Shown here: positions 43,301-53,401 of the stretch, one piece after another | Layout of the letters: each line of letters opens with the position of its first letter | Position numbering within the stretch: the stretch's first letter is position 1 | Assembly: GCA_024235315.1 (NCBI GenBank) | Contig: JACKMP010000005.1 | Span: 99,372-163,371, forward strand | Origin: Chromatiaceae bacterium | Lineage (GTDB): Bacteria > Pseudomonadota > Gammaproteobacteria > Chromatiales > Chromatiaceae | Direction: 5' to 3' | Length of the DNA stretch: 64,000 bases | Translations under genes and position numbers: made by a program | Notes under the pieces: model-generated | The model's database searches: none | What the model was told of the DNA's origin: nothing | Seen by the model: only the letters and a program-made list of their open reading frames with translations

Positions 43301-43600
43301 ATGTCGACCCTGCCAGCTTCTGCGCCTGACAAGAACCAGCTGCCGGTATTGCAGCAGATCGTTTCGGTCATGTGGCCATCGTTCCTTACCGCAAGTCTGG
43401 CCACCATCATCTTTTTCACGCTATTCGATCCAGCCGAGTTGGGGATGATCGGTGGCTTTCCCGATCTGACCCGAATGGGCGGATACACTATTGGGTTCTT
43501 CTGCTTCTGGTTGCTGACATCGATCAGTTGCGCCCTGACCTGTTACTTCCGGCGGCCGATGAACCGCCGCACACCCGATACCCACTCCAACGAAGCCTGA
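43301..43600 (+). CDS. Small two-TM membrane protein in the cco cluster
   Basis: MWPSFL.A......FF..FDP.EL and GYTIGFF.FW hydrophobic segments; ends 16 nt before ccoG. Confidence 0.78.
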   Translation: MSTLPASAPDKNQLPVLQQIVSVMWPSFLTASLATIIFFTLFDPAELGMIGGFPDLTRMGGYTIGFFCFWLLTSISCALTCYFRRPMNRRTPDTHSNEA

Positions 43601-43616
43601 TAGGGAACTGCAGACG

Positions 43617-45020
43617 ATGTCCCAGCCTGCCGCCAACAAGAACGATGCTTCGATCGAACAGGAGCTGTATAAGAAGCGCGAGAAGATCTACCCGCGCGAG
43701 GTGCACGGGATCTTTGCCGCGCTGCGCCTGCTCGCCATGGGTGCACTGCTGGGTATCTACTATGGCCTGCCCTGGATCAACTGGGACGGCCACCAGGCGG
43801 TTCTTTTCGATCTGCCTGCGCGCAAGTTTCACATCTTCGGCCTGACCTTCTGGCCGCAGGATTTCTTCTACCTCTCGATGCTGCTGATCATCGCGGCGAT
43901 CGCGCTTTTCATGTTCACCGCGCTGGCCGGCCGGCTTTGGTGTGGCTATGCCTGTCCGCAGACAGTGTGGACCGAGATCTACATGTGGATCGAGCAAAAG
44001 ATCGAAGGCGGATCGAAGAAACAGAAGAAGCGTGACAAGGGCCCGCGCGATGCATCGTACTTTGTCGTCAAAGGCACCAAGCACGGCGCATGGTTGTTGT
44101 TCTCACTGTGGACGGGCTTCACCTTCGTCGGCTATTTCACACCGATCCAGGAGCTGTGGACCAGCTTCCTTAGCTGGAACCTTGGCCCATGGGAGACGTT
44201 CTGGATCTTCTTCTATGGCTTCGCGACCTACGGCAACGCCGGCTTCATGCGCGAACAGGTGTGTATCTATATGTGTCCCTATGCGCGCTTCCAGAGCGCC
44301 ATGTTCGACCATGACACGCTGGTCATTTCGTATGACGAAAAGCGTGGCAATCCTCGTGGCTCGCGCAAGCGTGGAACCCCGTCGGCCAACGTCGGCCTGG
44401 GTGACTGCATCGACTGCGGCCTGTGCGTCCAGGTATGTCCGGTCGGCATCGATATCCGTGACGGCCTGCAATACCAGTGCATCGGCTGCGCCGCCTGTAT
44501 CGACGTCTGTGACGACGTGATGGATAAAATGGGTTACCCGCGTGGCCTGGTGAAATACACCACCGAAAACTCGCTGCAGGGCAAGCCCACGAAAATCATC
44601 CGGCCACGCATTTGGGTGTACATTTCGATTCTCTCGATCGTCAGCGCCGGCCTGATGTATGGCCTGCTCACGCGCATACCACTCGAGGTGGACATCATCC
44701 GTGACCGCAACGTGCTGTACACGGAAACCGATATGGGGCTGGTGCAGAACGTGTACAACCTTAAACTGATCAACATGGACGCCCAGCCACAACGCTTCCG
44801 TCTTTCGGTTTCCGGCCTCGAAGGACTGCAGGTAATTGGCCAGACCGAAGGAATCGAGATCGACAGTGGCGCCGTCATCGACCTCCCACTGCGCATCGAA
44901 ATCGACCCGATCGCGCTAAAATCGACCAGCAGTGAAATCATGTTCCACATCGAATCGGAGATTACGCCGGATCTTTCGATCGACGAGCATGCCCGATTCC
45001 TCGGACCGGTATCGCGATAA
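43617..45020 (+). CDS. ccoG: Cytochrome c oxidase accessory protein CcoG/FixG
   Basis: GRLWCGYACPQTVWT, REQVCIYMCPYARFQ, CIDCGLCVQVCPVGIDIRDGLQYQCIGCAACIDVC. Confidence 0.97.
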   Translation: MSQPAANKNDASIEQELYKKREKIYPREVHGIFAALRLLAMGALLGIYYGLPWINWDGHQAVLFDLPARKFHIFGLTFWPQDFFYLSMLLIIAAIALFMFTALAGRLWCGYACPQTVWTEIYMWIEQKIEGGSKKQKKRDKGPRDASYFVVKGTKHGAWLLFSLWTGFTFVGYFTPIQELWTSFLSWNLGPWETFWIFFYGFATYGNAGFMREQVCIYMCPYARFQSAMFDHDTLVISYDEKRGNPRGSRKRGTPSANVGLGDCIDCGLCVQVCPVGIDIRDGLQYQCIGCAACIDVCDDVMDKMGYPRGLVKYTTENSLQGKPTKIIRPRIWVYISILSIVSAGLMYGLLTRIPLEVDIIRDRNVLYTETDMGLVQNVYNLKLINMDAQPQRFRLSVSGLEGLQVIGQTEGIEIDSGAVIDLPLRIEIDPIALKSTSSEIMFHIESEITPDLSIDEHARFLGPVSR

Positions 45021-45034
45021 GGACAACACCCCAA

Positions 45035-45535
45035 ATGCGTCCACCCCGTGAAGACACCGAACCCTGGTACAAACAGTTCTGGCCATGGTTCCTGATCAGC
45101 CTGCCATTGGCCGTGGTGATCGCGTCCATCGTGACCCTCAATATCGCGATCCGTACCGATGACGGCCTGGTCAGCGATGACTATTACAAGGAAGGACTGG
45201 CCGTCCACATGGACGCGGACAGTACCGCCAAGGCAAAGGCCCTGGGTATCGCGGGCACGCTGAGTCTCGCCGTCGACACGGGCGCGATCACCTTGACACT
45301 GGCTGACACCAACGCGGTGGCAGAACCCACGCTGTCAATGAAAGTTGTCCATCCGACCCGACCGGACCAGGACCAGACTGTGCTCCTGACCCGATTGAGC
45401 GCCACGCGTTACGCTGGACGCATCGAGTCCCTGGGTCCGGCGAACTGGAAATTGGAGGTCCATCCCCAGGACAAATCCTGGCGTATCGAAGGCCGCCTGG
45501 CGATGCCTGGCAGCGGTGAAACACGCCTCGACTGA
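45035..45535 (+). CDS. ccoH: FixH/CcoH family protein
   Basis: PWYKQFWPWFLI.LP, LVSDDYYKEG.A, HPT...D. Confidence 0.92.
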   Translation: MRPPREDTEPWYKQFWPWFLISLPLAVVIASIVTLNIAIRTDDGLVSDDYYKEGLAVHMDADSTAKAKALGIAGTLSLAVDTGAITLTLADTNAVAEPTLSMKVVHPTRPDQDQTVLLTRLSATRYAGRIESLGPANWKLEVHPQDKSWRIEGRLAMPGSGETRLD

Positions 45536-45560
45536 CGACGCTTTCGCCCTGCAACGTGCG

Positions 45561-46271
45561 CTACAGGCGCCGCCATACCGCCTTGCCTCCTGCCGCCTCG
45601 TCGATCGCCTGAAGGCGCTCTTCGTGCGCGACCAACTCATCGGCGTCGGCATGCACGACCACCAACTGCAGCCCTTCGCGGTCGAGGGTCTGAATACCCG
45701 GATTGCCGTCGTCCGCACCACCAGCGCCCGTGTCCACATCCAACGACAGCGCCCCCTGGCCGCCGGTCATCGCCAGGTAGACGTCCGCAAGTATCTCGGC
45801 GTCCAGCAAAGCGCCGTGCTTGTCCCGCCTGCTGTTGTCCACATCGTAACGGCCGCACAGCGCATCGAGTGAATTGCGCTGTCCCGGATGCTTCTTGCGT
45901 GCCATGACCAGGGTATCGAGCACAGCACAGTGATCGAGGGTAGTACCGTAGCCATCCAGCCGGGCCAGCTCGGCATCGAGGAATCCGACGTCGAACGGTG
46001 CGTTATGTATCACCAACTCGGCACCGCTCAGATAAGCCAGCAGATCGGCGGCGATGTCTGCAAAGCGAGCCTTGTCGGCCAGGAACTCGTTGGTGATGCC
46101 ATGCACTTCGATTGCGGCAGCATCGATCTGCCGATCGGGTTGAAGGTAGACATGAAAATTGTTGCCGGTGAGCCGCCGCTCGACCAGCTCGACGCAGCCG
46201 ATCTCGATAATGCGGTGCCCCTGCGCCGGCTCCAGGCCGGTGGTCTCTGTATCCAGTACGATCTGTCGCAT
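45561..46271 (-). CDS. dnaQ: DNA polymerase III epsilon subunit
   Basis: [49 protein letters not shown]. Confidence 0.97.
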   Translation of the reverse strand: MRQIVLDTETTGLEPAQGHRIIEIGCVELVERRLTGNNFHVYLQPDRQIDAAAIEVHGITNEFLADKARFADIAADLLAYLSGAELVIHNAPFDVGFLDAELARLDGYGTTLDHCAVLDTLVMARKKHPGQRNSLDALCGRYDVDNSRRDKHGALLDAEILADVYLAMTGGQGALSLDVDTGAGGADDGNPGIQTLDREGLQLVVVHADADELVAHEERLQAIDEAAGGKAVWRRL

Positions 46272-46738
46272 CAGTTTCCTTTCGACGTGCCGCCGCGATT
46301 GCCATCGAGCCGGGCGATTCCCTGGTTGGCCAGGGCATCGGCACGCTCGTTTTCCGGATGCCCGGCATGGCCCTTGACCCAATGCCAGCTGACCTCGTGC
46401 CGCGCAACCGCCTCGTCCAGCATGCGCCACAGGTCGTCGTTCTTGACCGGCTTTCGCGCAGCGGTACGCCAACCGTTGCGCTTCCAGTTGTGGATCCACT
46501 GGGTGATACCGTTTTTCACATACTGCGAATCTGTAGTGACATCCACGACGCAGGAACGCTTGAGTGCCCGCAGGCCCTCGATCACTGCCATCAGCTCCAT
46601 GCGGTTGTTGGTTGTCGCCTCGGCGCCACCGAACAACTCCTTTTCGGTGCCGTTGAATCGCAGCACAGCACCCCAGCCACCGGGGCCGGGGTTACCCTTG
46701 CAGGCACCGTCGGTATAGAGCTCGACCCGTTCAGACAT
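46271..46738 (-). CDS. rnhA: Ribonuclease HI
   Basis: [43 protein letters not shown]. Confidence 0.98.
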   Translation of the reverse strand: MSERVELYTDGACKGNPGPGGWGAVLRFNGTEKELFGGAEATTNNRMELMAVIEGLRALKRSCVVDVTTDSQYVKNGITQWIHNWKRNGWRTAARKPVKNDDLWRMLDEAVARHEVSWHWVKGHAGHPENERADALANQGIARLDGNRGGTSKGN

Positions 46739-47525
46739 CGTTGATCTCCCGGACCGTCGGCTCGATTGCGCGCGGCCCGAGCACGCGCAGGCGTGACCAG
46801 CGCTGGCGCACCGGCGTCACCCGCGAGATGCGCTTGACCGCGCGCACCACATAGACACCGGCCAGCATGGGCCACACGCGGCGCCCCAGCCTTTCCACCG
46901 CATCGAACTGGCCACTGCGCGTCGGTGGCCGAAACTCCATGACATCCATACGTTCGATACCAAACCCCATCAGTGTCAGCCAATCGCTCAGGCGTGGATA
47001 GGAGAGAAAATGGCCGCACCACGGGATGGCCCCTTTCCAACGCCCGAACAGTCGCCACAGTCCCCACAGGCTGAAGGGATTGAAGCCGATGATGATCACC
47101 CTGCCTTCGGCGATCAGCACCCGCTCCACCTCGCGCAGCACCTGGTGCGGGTCGGGCGAAAAATCCAGAGTGTGCACCAGGATGACCGCGTCGACACTGT
47201 CGGCCGCCACCGGCAGATGCTGGGCATCCGCCCGGATGACACTCGGAAATTTCGCATCGGCACGTCGCGTAATCAGGGTTTTGCGTTGCACCGGACAATG
47301 ACCGAGGTGTCTCTCGGCCTCACCCAGTTCACCGAGTTGCAGCAACTGGTAGCCGAACAGGTCAGCGACCATGCCGATCAGCGCCTCACGCTCATGGGCG
47401 GCGATGCGCTGCCCGGGCGAGGCTTCGTACCAGCGCGCTAGTGCGTCTCCCAACTCATTGATTTCTTTGTAACAAAACTTGGAATTAGACATCGTGTTGG
47501 CGGCGCTGGAACCTCGTTCGCTCAT
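46731..47525 (-). CDS. Class I SAM-dependent methyltransferase (YafS-like)
   Basis: [31 protein letters not shown]...[10 protein letters not shown]; upstream of rnhA. The true start may lie further inward. Confidence 0.88.
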   Translation of the reverse strand: MSERGSSAANTMSNSKFCYKEINELGDALARWYEASPGQRIAAHEREALIGMVADLFGYQLLQLGELGEAERHLGHCPVQRKTLITRRADAKFPSVIRADAQHLPVAADSVDAVILVHTLDFSPDPHQVLREVERVLIAEGRVIIIGFNPFSLWGLWRLFGRWKGAIPWCGHFLSYPRLSDWLTLMGFGIERMDVMEFRPPTRSGQFDAVERLGRRVWPMLAGVYVVRAVKRISRVTPVRQRWSRLRVLGPRAIEPTVREINDV

Positions 47526-47543
47526 CCCGTATATTCACCGCAC

Positions 47544-48971
47544 ATGACCGCGGTGAACGACATGTCCGATTCTGACCAAAGCGCCCCGCATCAGCAACGC
47601 CCGTTCATCCTCACGGCCTTTATGGTATCGGCGGTTGCACTGGGGCTCGCCGGGTGTATGGGCCAGGGCAGCCGGCCCGATCCACAGATGTCACAACCCC
47701 TGCCGATGCCGACCGAACAGCTGGTTCCCCGGACGGTCAGCGCGGCAATCGCATCCGGGCACAAGGATGGTGCCTTGTCACCACCGCTGGCAGCACCACC
47801 GGATGATCCCTCGATCTGGGTCCACCTGCGGCAGGGTTACCGGCTCGCGGAGGTGTCGAATCCGCGAGTCGCGCATGAGATCGGCCGTCTGCAGCGCTCA
47901 CCAAACGCGTTTCGCGCGCTGATGGCGCGCTCGGAACCATACCTGCATTACATCCTCGAAGAAATCGAAAAGGCCGGACTACCTGCTGAACTGGCGCTGC
48001 TACCAGCGGTTGAAAGTGGCTTTCAAGCGCACGTCTATTCACCCAATGGCGCGGCCGGACTGTGGCAATTCATGCCGGCAACCGGAAACATGATGGGGCT
48101 CGAGCAGGATTGGTGGTTCGACAAGAGGCGCTCGGTAAGGGCCTCCACCCAATCGGCAATCGCTTACCTGTCACAACTGAACAAGCAGTTTTCCGGTGAT
48201 TGGCTACTTACGCTGGCCGCCTACAACGCCGGTGCCGGGACCGTCGGGCGCGCCATCACGCAGGCGACACGGCGTGGTGACAACGCCGACTTCTGGTCAC
48301 TCGATCTGCCCGGTGAAACCGATCGATATGTCCCCCGCCTGCTGGCGCTGGCCACCATCGTCGCAGACCCCGAAGCCTATGGTCTCGATCTTCCCGAAAT
48401 CGATGATCGGCCTTACTTCGCCACTGCACGCACCCGTGGCCAGATCGACCTGAACATCGCGGCCGACCTTGCAGAGATGCCGGTCGAAGACCTGCTGGCG
48501 CTCAATGCCGGCCACAAGCGCTGGGCAAGTCGGCCCGACGGACCCCATGAGTTGCTGCTGCCGATCGACAAGGTGGCTTCATTCGAACAGGCAGTGGCGG
48601 CCCTTCCGGCCACGGGGCGCCTTCGATGGCAGCACCATACGATTCGCGCCGGTGACAGCCTCAGCCGGATTGCCCGGGAGTACGGTGTCACGGTCGACGC
48701 TATCGCGCGTTCCAATGGTCTGAAAGACTCACGCATTCGTGCCGGCCGTGACCTCCTGATACCCCTGTCGGATTCCGTGACACTGGCAGACAGTGGTTCG
48801 ATCGGCCACGCGCGACAACGCATGAACTACCGCGTCCGCAAGGGCGACTCGTTGTACACCATCGCCAGGCGCTTCCAGGTCTCGGTTACCGACCTGAAAC
48901 GCTGGAACCGCGTCGGTCGTTACATCCAGCCGGGTGAGAAAATCACCGTCTTCATCGATCCGGACGCCTGA
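47544..48971 (+). CDS. mltD: Membrane-bound lytic murein transglycosylase D (SLT + LysM)
   Basis: Lipobox LAGC, ELALLPAVES, AAGLWQFMPATG, LAAYNAG.G, ET..YVP.LLA, two C-terminal LysM domains. Confidence 0.9.
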   Translation: MTAVNDMSDSDQSAPHQQRPFILTAFMVSAVALGLAGCMGQGSRPDPQMSQPLPMPTEQLVPRTVSAAIASGHKDGALSPPLAAPPDDPSIWVHLRQGYRLAEVSNPRVAHEIGRLQRSPNAFRALMARSEPYLHYILEEIEKAGLPAELALLPAVESGFQAHVYSPNGAAGLWQFMPATGNMMGLEQDWWFDKRRSVRASTQSAIAYLSQLNKQFSGDWLLTLAAYNAGAGTVGRAITQATRRGDNADFWSLDLPGETDRYVPRLLALATIVADPEAYGLDLPEIDDRPYFATARTRGQIDLNIAADLAEMPVEDLLALNAGHKRWASRPDGPHELLLPIDKVASFEQAVAALPATGRLRWQHHTIRAGDSLSRIAREYGVTVDAIARSNGLKDSRIRAGRDLLIPLSDSVTLADSGSIGHARQRMNYRVRKGDSLYTIARRFQVSVTDLKRWNRVGRYIQPGEKITVFIDPDA

Positions 48972-48995
48972 CGCCACTGCAATTGCAGCAGCGGT

Positions 48996-51035
48996 CTAAC
49001 GGTCCTGGGCGCCCACCAGCCAGCAACTCACCCGTCTGCCCGGCGCAACCTCGACCGTTGCCGGATAGCGCTCCCGGCAGATTGCACTCGCGTGCGGACA
49101 GCGCGGATGAAAATGGCAGCCGCTTGGCGGATCGCTCGGTGATGGCATATCCCCTTCCAGCCTGATTACTTCCCTGTGGTGTGCCGGGTCAGCGACCGGC
49201 ACCGCACTGAGCAGTGCAGCGGTATAGGGATGCAGGGGTTCACGCAGCACGCTGTCGACGTCGCCGTATTCGACGATGCGGCCGAGATACATCACCGCCA
49301 CCTCGTGTGCGAGGTAGGCGACGACCGAGATGTTGTGCGTGATAAACAGGTACGACAGGCCCAGTTCAGCCTGCAGATCCTTGAGCAGATTGAGCACCTG
49401 CGCCTGCACCGAGACATCCAGGGCACTGGTCGGTTCATCGCACACGATCAGGCGCGGCTTGAGCGCCAGCGCGCGGGCAATTGCGATGCGCTGACGCTGC
49501 CCCCCTGAAAACTCGTGTGGATAACGGTCCGCAGCATTCGGCCGCATGCCGACCTGGTCCAGCAGCTTCTCCACCAGCACCCTGCGTTGTGCGCGATTAC
49601 CGCCAAGACCCTGTGCCACCAGGCCCTCGGCGATGATGTCCTCGACCAGCATGCGCGGATTCATCGACGACGCGGGATCCTGGAAGATGATCTGAAACTC
49701 CCTCCGCAGGCGACGCAGTTCGCGGCCCTTGACGCTGGCCAGATCGACGCCGTCGAACAGCACCCGGCCGGCGGTCGGCCCAGGCAGCTGCAGTATCGCC
49801 TTGCCGACCGTCGTCTTGCCGCAACCGGACTCGCCCACCAGTGCAACGGTGCGCCCGGTCGGGATCGCAAGATCAAGCCCGTCCACCGCCTTTACATAAC
49901 CAACAACCCGCCGCAGGATCCCCGCCTGGATGGGGAAATGCACCTTCAGTTGTTCCACCTGTAGCAGCTGATCGGCCGTTTGCGATGCAGCCGTCTCACC
50001 CACAACCGCCGCAGCTGCCGAATCCGGCATCTGCTCCATGGTCAGGTGACAGCGATAGCCATCCTGCGGTGCACCGCGCCAAGGTGGCAGGCTGCTGCGA
50101 CAGGCATCGTGCACCAGCTCGCAACGATCAGCGAAACGGCAGCTGTTGAAGGGCTGATCCAGTGCAGGCACGATGCCGGGGATCACATCGAGCCCGTGGC
50201 CACGCTTGGCAGCATCGGGAACTGATCTGAACAGCTTGCGACTGTAGGGGTGCGCAGGCCGCTCGAAAAAGCTCTTGACGTCGCTGATCTCCAGCAGCTG
50301 TCCCGCATACATGACCCCGACCCGATCCGCCATCTCAGCCACCACACCCAGGTCATGGGTGATCAGCAGGATCGCCATATCGGTTTCCTGCTGCAGTTTT
50401 CTGAGGAGATCGAGCACCTGTGCCTGGATCGTGACGTCCAGCGCCGTGGTCGGCTCGTCGGCAATCAACAATGCCGGACGTCCAGCCAACGCCATCGCAA
50501 TCATCACGCGTTGCTTCATGCCACCGGACAGCTGGTGCGGATACGCCTTCAACCGCTCCTGCGGATCGGGTATTCCAACCGCACGGAACAACTCGGCCAC
50601 CCTCGACCTGACCTTGCCACGACTGTCGGGGTCATGCAGACGGACCGCCTCGGCGACCTGTTCACCGACAGTCATCACCGGATTCAGCGAGGTCATCGGC
50701 TCCTGAAAGATCATTCCGATTCGACCACCCCGCTCGGCCCGCATTTCCGCTTCGGACAGTGCACGCAGCGACTGCCCGTCAAGCAGTACATCACCGGCAA
50801 CGATGCGCCCCGAGTGCGGCAACAGGCGCATGATCGACAGTGCGATCATCGATTTCCCGCAACCGGACTCACCAAGCAATACGAATGTCTCGCCGCGGCG
50901 AATACTCAGGCTGACCCCGTCGACAGCACGTACCGGCGTGGTGTCGCTCCCCAGATGGGTGGACAGATCCTCGATCGCCAGCAATGGTGGCCTCGACATC
51001 GGCTGCTCGTGTGTGGCTTTCATCGTGCGGCTCAT
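48996..51035 (-). CDS. Peptide ABC transporter ATP-binding protein (fused DppD/DppF)
   Basis: Two NBDs: GESGCGKS / LSGGMKQR / DEPTTALD and GESGCGKT / FSGGQRQR / DEPTSALD; C-terminal C.F..RC motifs. Confidence 0.95.
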   Translation of the reverse strand: MSRTMKATHEQPMSRPPLLAIEDLSTHLGSDTTPVRAVDGVSLSIRRGETFVLLGESGCGKSMIALSIMRLLPHSGRIVAGDVLLDGQSLRALSEAEMRAERGGRIGMIFQEPMTSLNPVMTVGEQVAEAVRLHDPDSRGKVRSRVAELFRAVGIPDPQERLKAYPHQLSGGMKQRVMIAMALAGRPALLIADEPTTALDVTIQAQVLDLLRKLQQETDMAILLITHDLGVVAEMADRVGVMYAGQLLEISDVKSFFERPAHPYSRKLFRSVPDAAKRGHGLDVIPGIVPALDQPFNSCRFADRCELVHDACRSSLPPWRGAPQDGYRCHLTMEQMPDSAAAAVVGETAASQTADQLLQVEQLKVHFPIQAGILRRVVGYVKAVDGLDLAIPTGRTVALVGESGCGKTTVGKAILQLPGPTAGRVLFDGVDLASVKGRELRRLRREFQIIFQDPASSMNPRMLVEDIIAEGLVAQGLGGNRAQRRVLVEKLLDQVGMRPNAADRYPHEFSGGQRQRIAIARALALKPRLIVCDEPTSALDVSVQAQVLNLLKDLQAELGLSYLFITHNISVVAYLAHEVAVMYLGRIVEYGDVDSVLREPLHPYTAALLSAVPVADPAHHREVIRLEGDMPSPSDPPSGCHFHPRCPHASAICRERYPATVEVAPGRRVSCWLVGAQDR

Positions 51036-52420
51036 CGCTGCTGTCTCAGGCGCGGATCGAAGGCGTCGCGCACCACGTCGGAAAAGAGATTGGCCGCCAG
51101 CACCAGGGTGAACATGAACCCGAAGGCCGCGAGCAGCGACCACCACACGACCGGCTCCCTGGCCAGTTCAAGGCGTGCCCCGTTGATCATATTGCCCCAG
51201 CTGTTGGTCGCCGGATCGACGCCGATACTTATGTACGAAAGTACCGCCTCCGCCAGCACCAGGCCGCTGAAATCGAGCACGATCGTGATCAGCACGATGT
51301 GCATCACATTGGGAACGACATGGCGCAACAGAATGCGGAAATGACCGACCCCGAATGCACGTGCCGCCTGTACATACTCAAGCTCACGCAGTTTCAGCGC
51401 CTCGCCCCGCAACAGGCGGCACAGCGAGGTCCAGCTGGTTACACCAAGGATCAGGCACAAAAACAGCAGACGCAGGTCGGCGCGCTCGGTCAGGCTGTTG
51501 AATTCATCGGCATGATTGCTCATATAGATCTGCATCATCAGCACAGCCGCCGCGATCAACAGTACCCCTGGTATCGAGTTCAGCGTCGTGTACAGATACT
51601 GAATGAAGTCGTCCACCCAACCGCGGAAGTACCCGGCCATGATCCCGAGCATGATCGCCGCCGGCAGCATGACCAGCGTGGTCACGGTACCGATGACCAG
51701 GCCGGTGCGGATGCTCTTGAGCGACTGGAAAAACACGTCCTCGCCTACCTTGTCCGTTCCCAACACGTGATAGTAGCCGGCCAGCTCCCACAGCGCGGCA
51801 AACATCATGATCAGCCCCAACGCGCTCCAGGCGCCGATGTGCCAGGGGTTGTCCATCCGGCCCATCAGCAGGCGATGCAGGCGACGTCGATCGAAGCGAC
51901 ACAACAGGATCAGCAGCGCGGCCCAGGCAAGCGCTCCGTTGAATGCACCGGACAGCGAGCGCCACGCGATATCAGCAGCCCTGCCGCTGCCGTCGGCATC
52001 CAGGTGCGCACCGCCGTAGAGCAGGCGCGGATAGTCCCGCACCAGGCTGCCGTCCGCCTGTTCCACGTTTTCCTTGCTGAACAGGTGGGACGAAAAAGGC
52101 GACGAGTAGGTCTTTTCACGTTGCGTGCGAAGCGGTCCCGCAATCACATCAAACAGGCTTAACACCTCGGTTGAATAGACCGGCTTGCCGTTGGCATCGT
52201 CGCTGGTCTTCGGATTGAAATGCAGCGTATCGAGCAGTCCGATCAGAAGGTAAAACGCAAGCACGACCATCGTCGCCTGGCCGGTGCGACTACCGGCCAC
52301 CCGCCGCCACGGCTGTAGCAGGTGCTCGTAACGGCGCGTATACCAGACCATCGCCATCGCCAGGCCCAGCAACAGGTAGATCAGGGCGTCCGTCCACAGT
52401 ATGACCGGCTGAAACGGCAT
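51032..52420 (-). CDS. Peptide ABC transporter permease (DppC-like, long N-terminal extension)
   Basis: [33 protein letters not shown]...SWG.MI. Confidence 0.92.
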   Translation of the reverse strand: MPFQPVILWTDALIYLLLGLAMAMVWYTRRYEHLLQPWRRVAGSRTGQATMVVLAFYLLIGLLDTLHFNPKTSDDANGKPVYSTEVLSLFDVIAGPLRTQREKTYSSPFSSHLFSKENVEQADGSLVRDYPRLLYGGAHLDADGSGRAADIAWRSLSGAFNGALAWAALLILLCRFDRRRLHRLLMGRMDNPWHIGAWSALGLIMMFAALWELAGYYHVLGTDKVGEDVFFQSLKSIRTGLVIGTVTTLVMLPAAIMLGIMAGYFRGWVDDFIQYLYTTLNSIPGVLLIAAAVLMMQIYMSNHADEFNSLTERADLRLLFLCLILGVTSWTSLCRLLRGEALKLRELEYVQAARAFGVGHFRILLRHVVPNVMHIVLITIVLDFSGLVLAEAVLSYISIGVDPATNSWGNMINGARLELAREPVVWWSLLAAFGFMFTLVLAANLFSDVVRDAFDPRLRQQR

Positions 52421-52423
52421 GAC

Positions 52424-53401
52424 TCAGTCCAGCCTCACGCGCGGATCGGCGATTGTGTAGGAGATATCGGTCAACAACAGGCCGAGGATATACAGCACCG
52501 CACCCAGGAACACCATGGCACGCACAATGGCGAAATCCTGGCTGTTGATCGCATCGATCGTGTAGCTTCCCAGACCCGGTATACCAAAGAACGACTCGGT
52601 GAGCAGACTGCCAATGAACAGCAATGGCAACACAACGACCACCCCGGTCAGGATCGGGATCAGCGCATTGCGCAGCACATGGCGAAACAACACCAGGTGT
52701 TCGGAAACACCCTTGGCGCGTGCCGACCGGACATAGTCGCGATGAACCTCTTCGAGAAACAGCGTGCGGTACCAGCGGGTTCCTGAGCCGATGCCACCGA
52801 CCACCCCGACGATCATCGGCAGGACGATGAACTTCCAGGCGTTTACACCGGTGTCGTAACCGGATATCGGCACCAGGTTCAGCACCTTTCCGACCAGGAA
52901 CTGGCCACCGATGATGTAGAACAGCCCTGAGATCGACATCATTGCCACGCACAGCACCACACCCCAGAAATCCAGGTAGGTCGCACGAAAAAAGGCCAGC
53001 AGCAATGCAAAAGTGATATTCACGGCGAGACCGATCAGCAGCGTCGGCACCGCGATCGCGAGGCTGGGCCACATGCGCTGCGATATGTCATGGCCGATAT
53101 CACGCCCGCTGTCGGACTGACCGAAGTCGAACAGAAACAAGCGGATCGATTTTTCGAACAGAATCGTGTCGGTGAACACTGCGGCACCCTGCTGCGCCGT
53201 GTTGACCAACAGTGGCCTGTCGTAACCATGATCCTGTTTCCAGGACTGGATGGCTGCGTCGGTCACACGCTTGCTGCCAAGGTGCATTCTCGCCATGTCG
53301 TCAGGTGAATTGACCACAAAGAACAGCACGAAGGTGAGCGCATTCACGCCAATCAGGATTGGCAGGGCGTACAACAGGCGACGAATGATGTAGGCAGTCA
53401 C
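52424..53401 (-). CDS. Peptide ABC transporter permease (DppB-like)
   Basis: DYVRSARAKG, HVLRNALIPI, TESFFGIPGLG. Confidence 0.94.
   Translation of the reverse strand: MTAYIIRRLLYALPILIGVNALTFVLFFVVNSPDDMARMHLGSKRVTDAAIQSWKQDHGYDRPLLVNTAQQGAAVFTDTILFEKSIRLFLFDFGQSDSGRDIGHDISQRMWPSLAIAVPTLLIGLAVNITFALLLAFFRATYLDFWGVVLCVAMMSISGLFYIIGGQFLVGKVLNLVPISGYDTGVNAWKFIVLPMIVGVVGGIGSGTRWYRTLFLEEVHRDYVRSARAKGVSEHLVLFRHVLRNALIPILTGVVVVLPLLFIGSLLTESFFGIPGLGSYTIDAINSQDFAIVRAMVFLGAVLYILGLLLTDISYTIADPRVRLD

Noticed and set aside
49516..49524. Perfect DnaA box (TGTGGATAA)
   Set aside because: Single site inside a coding region with no cluster or AT-rich unwinding element; expected by chance.
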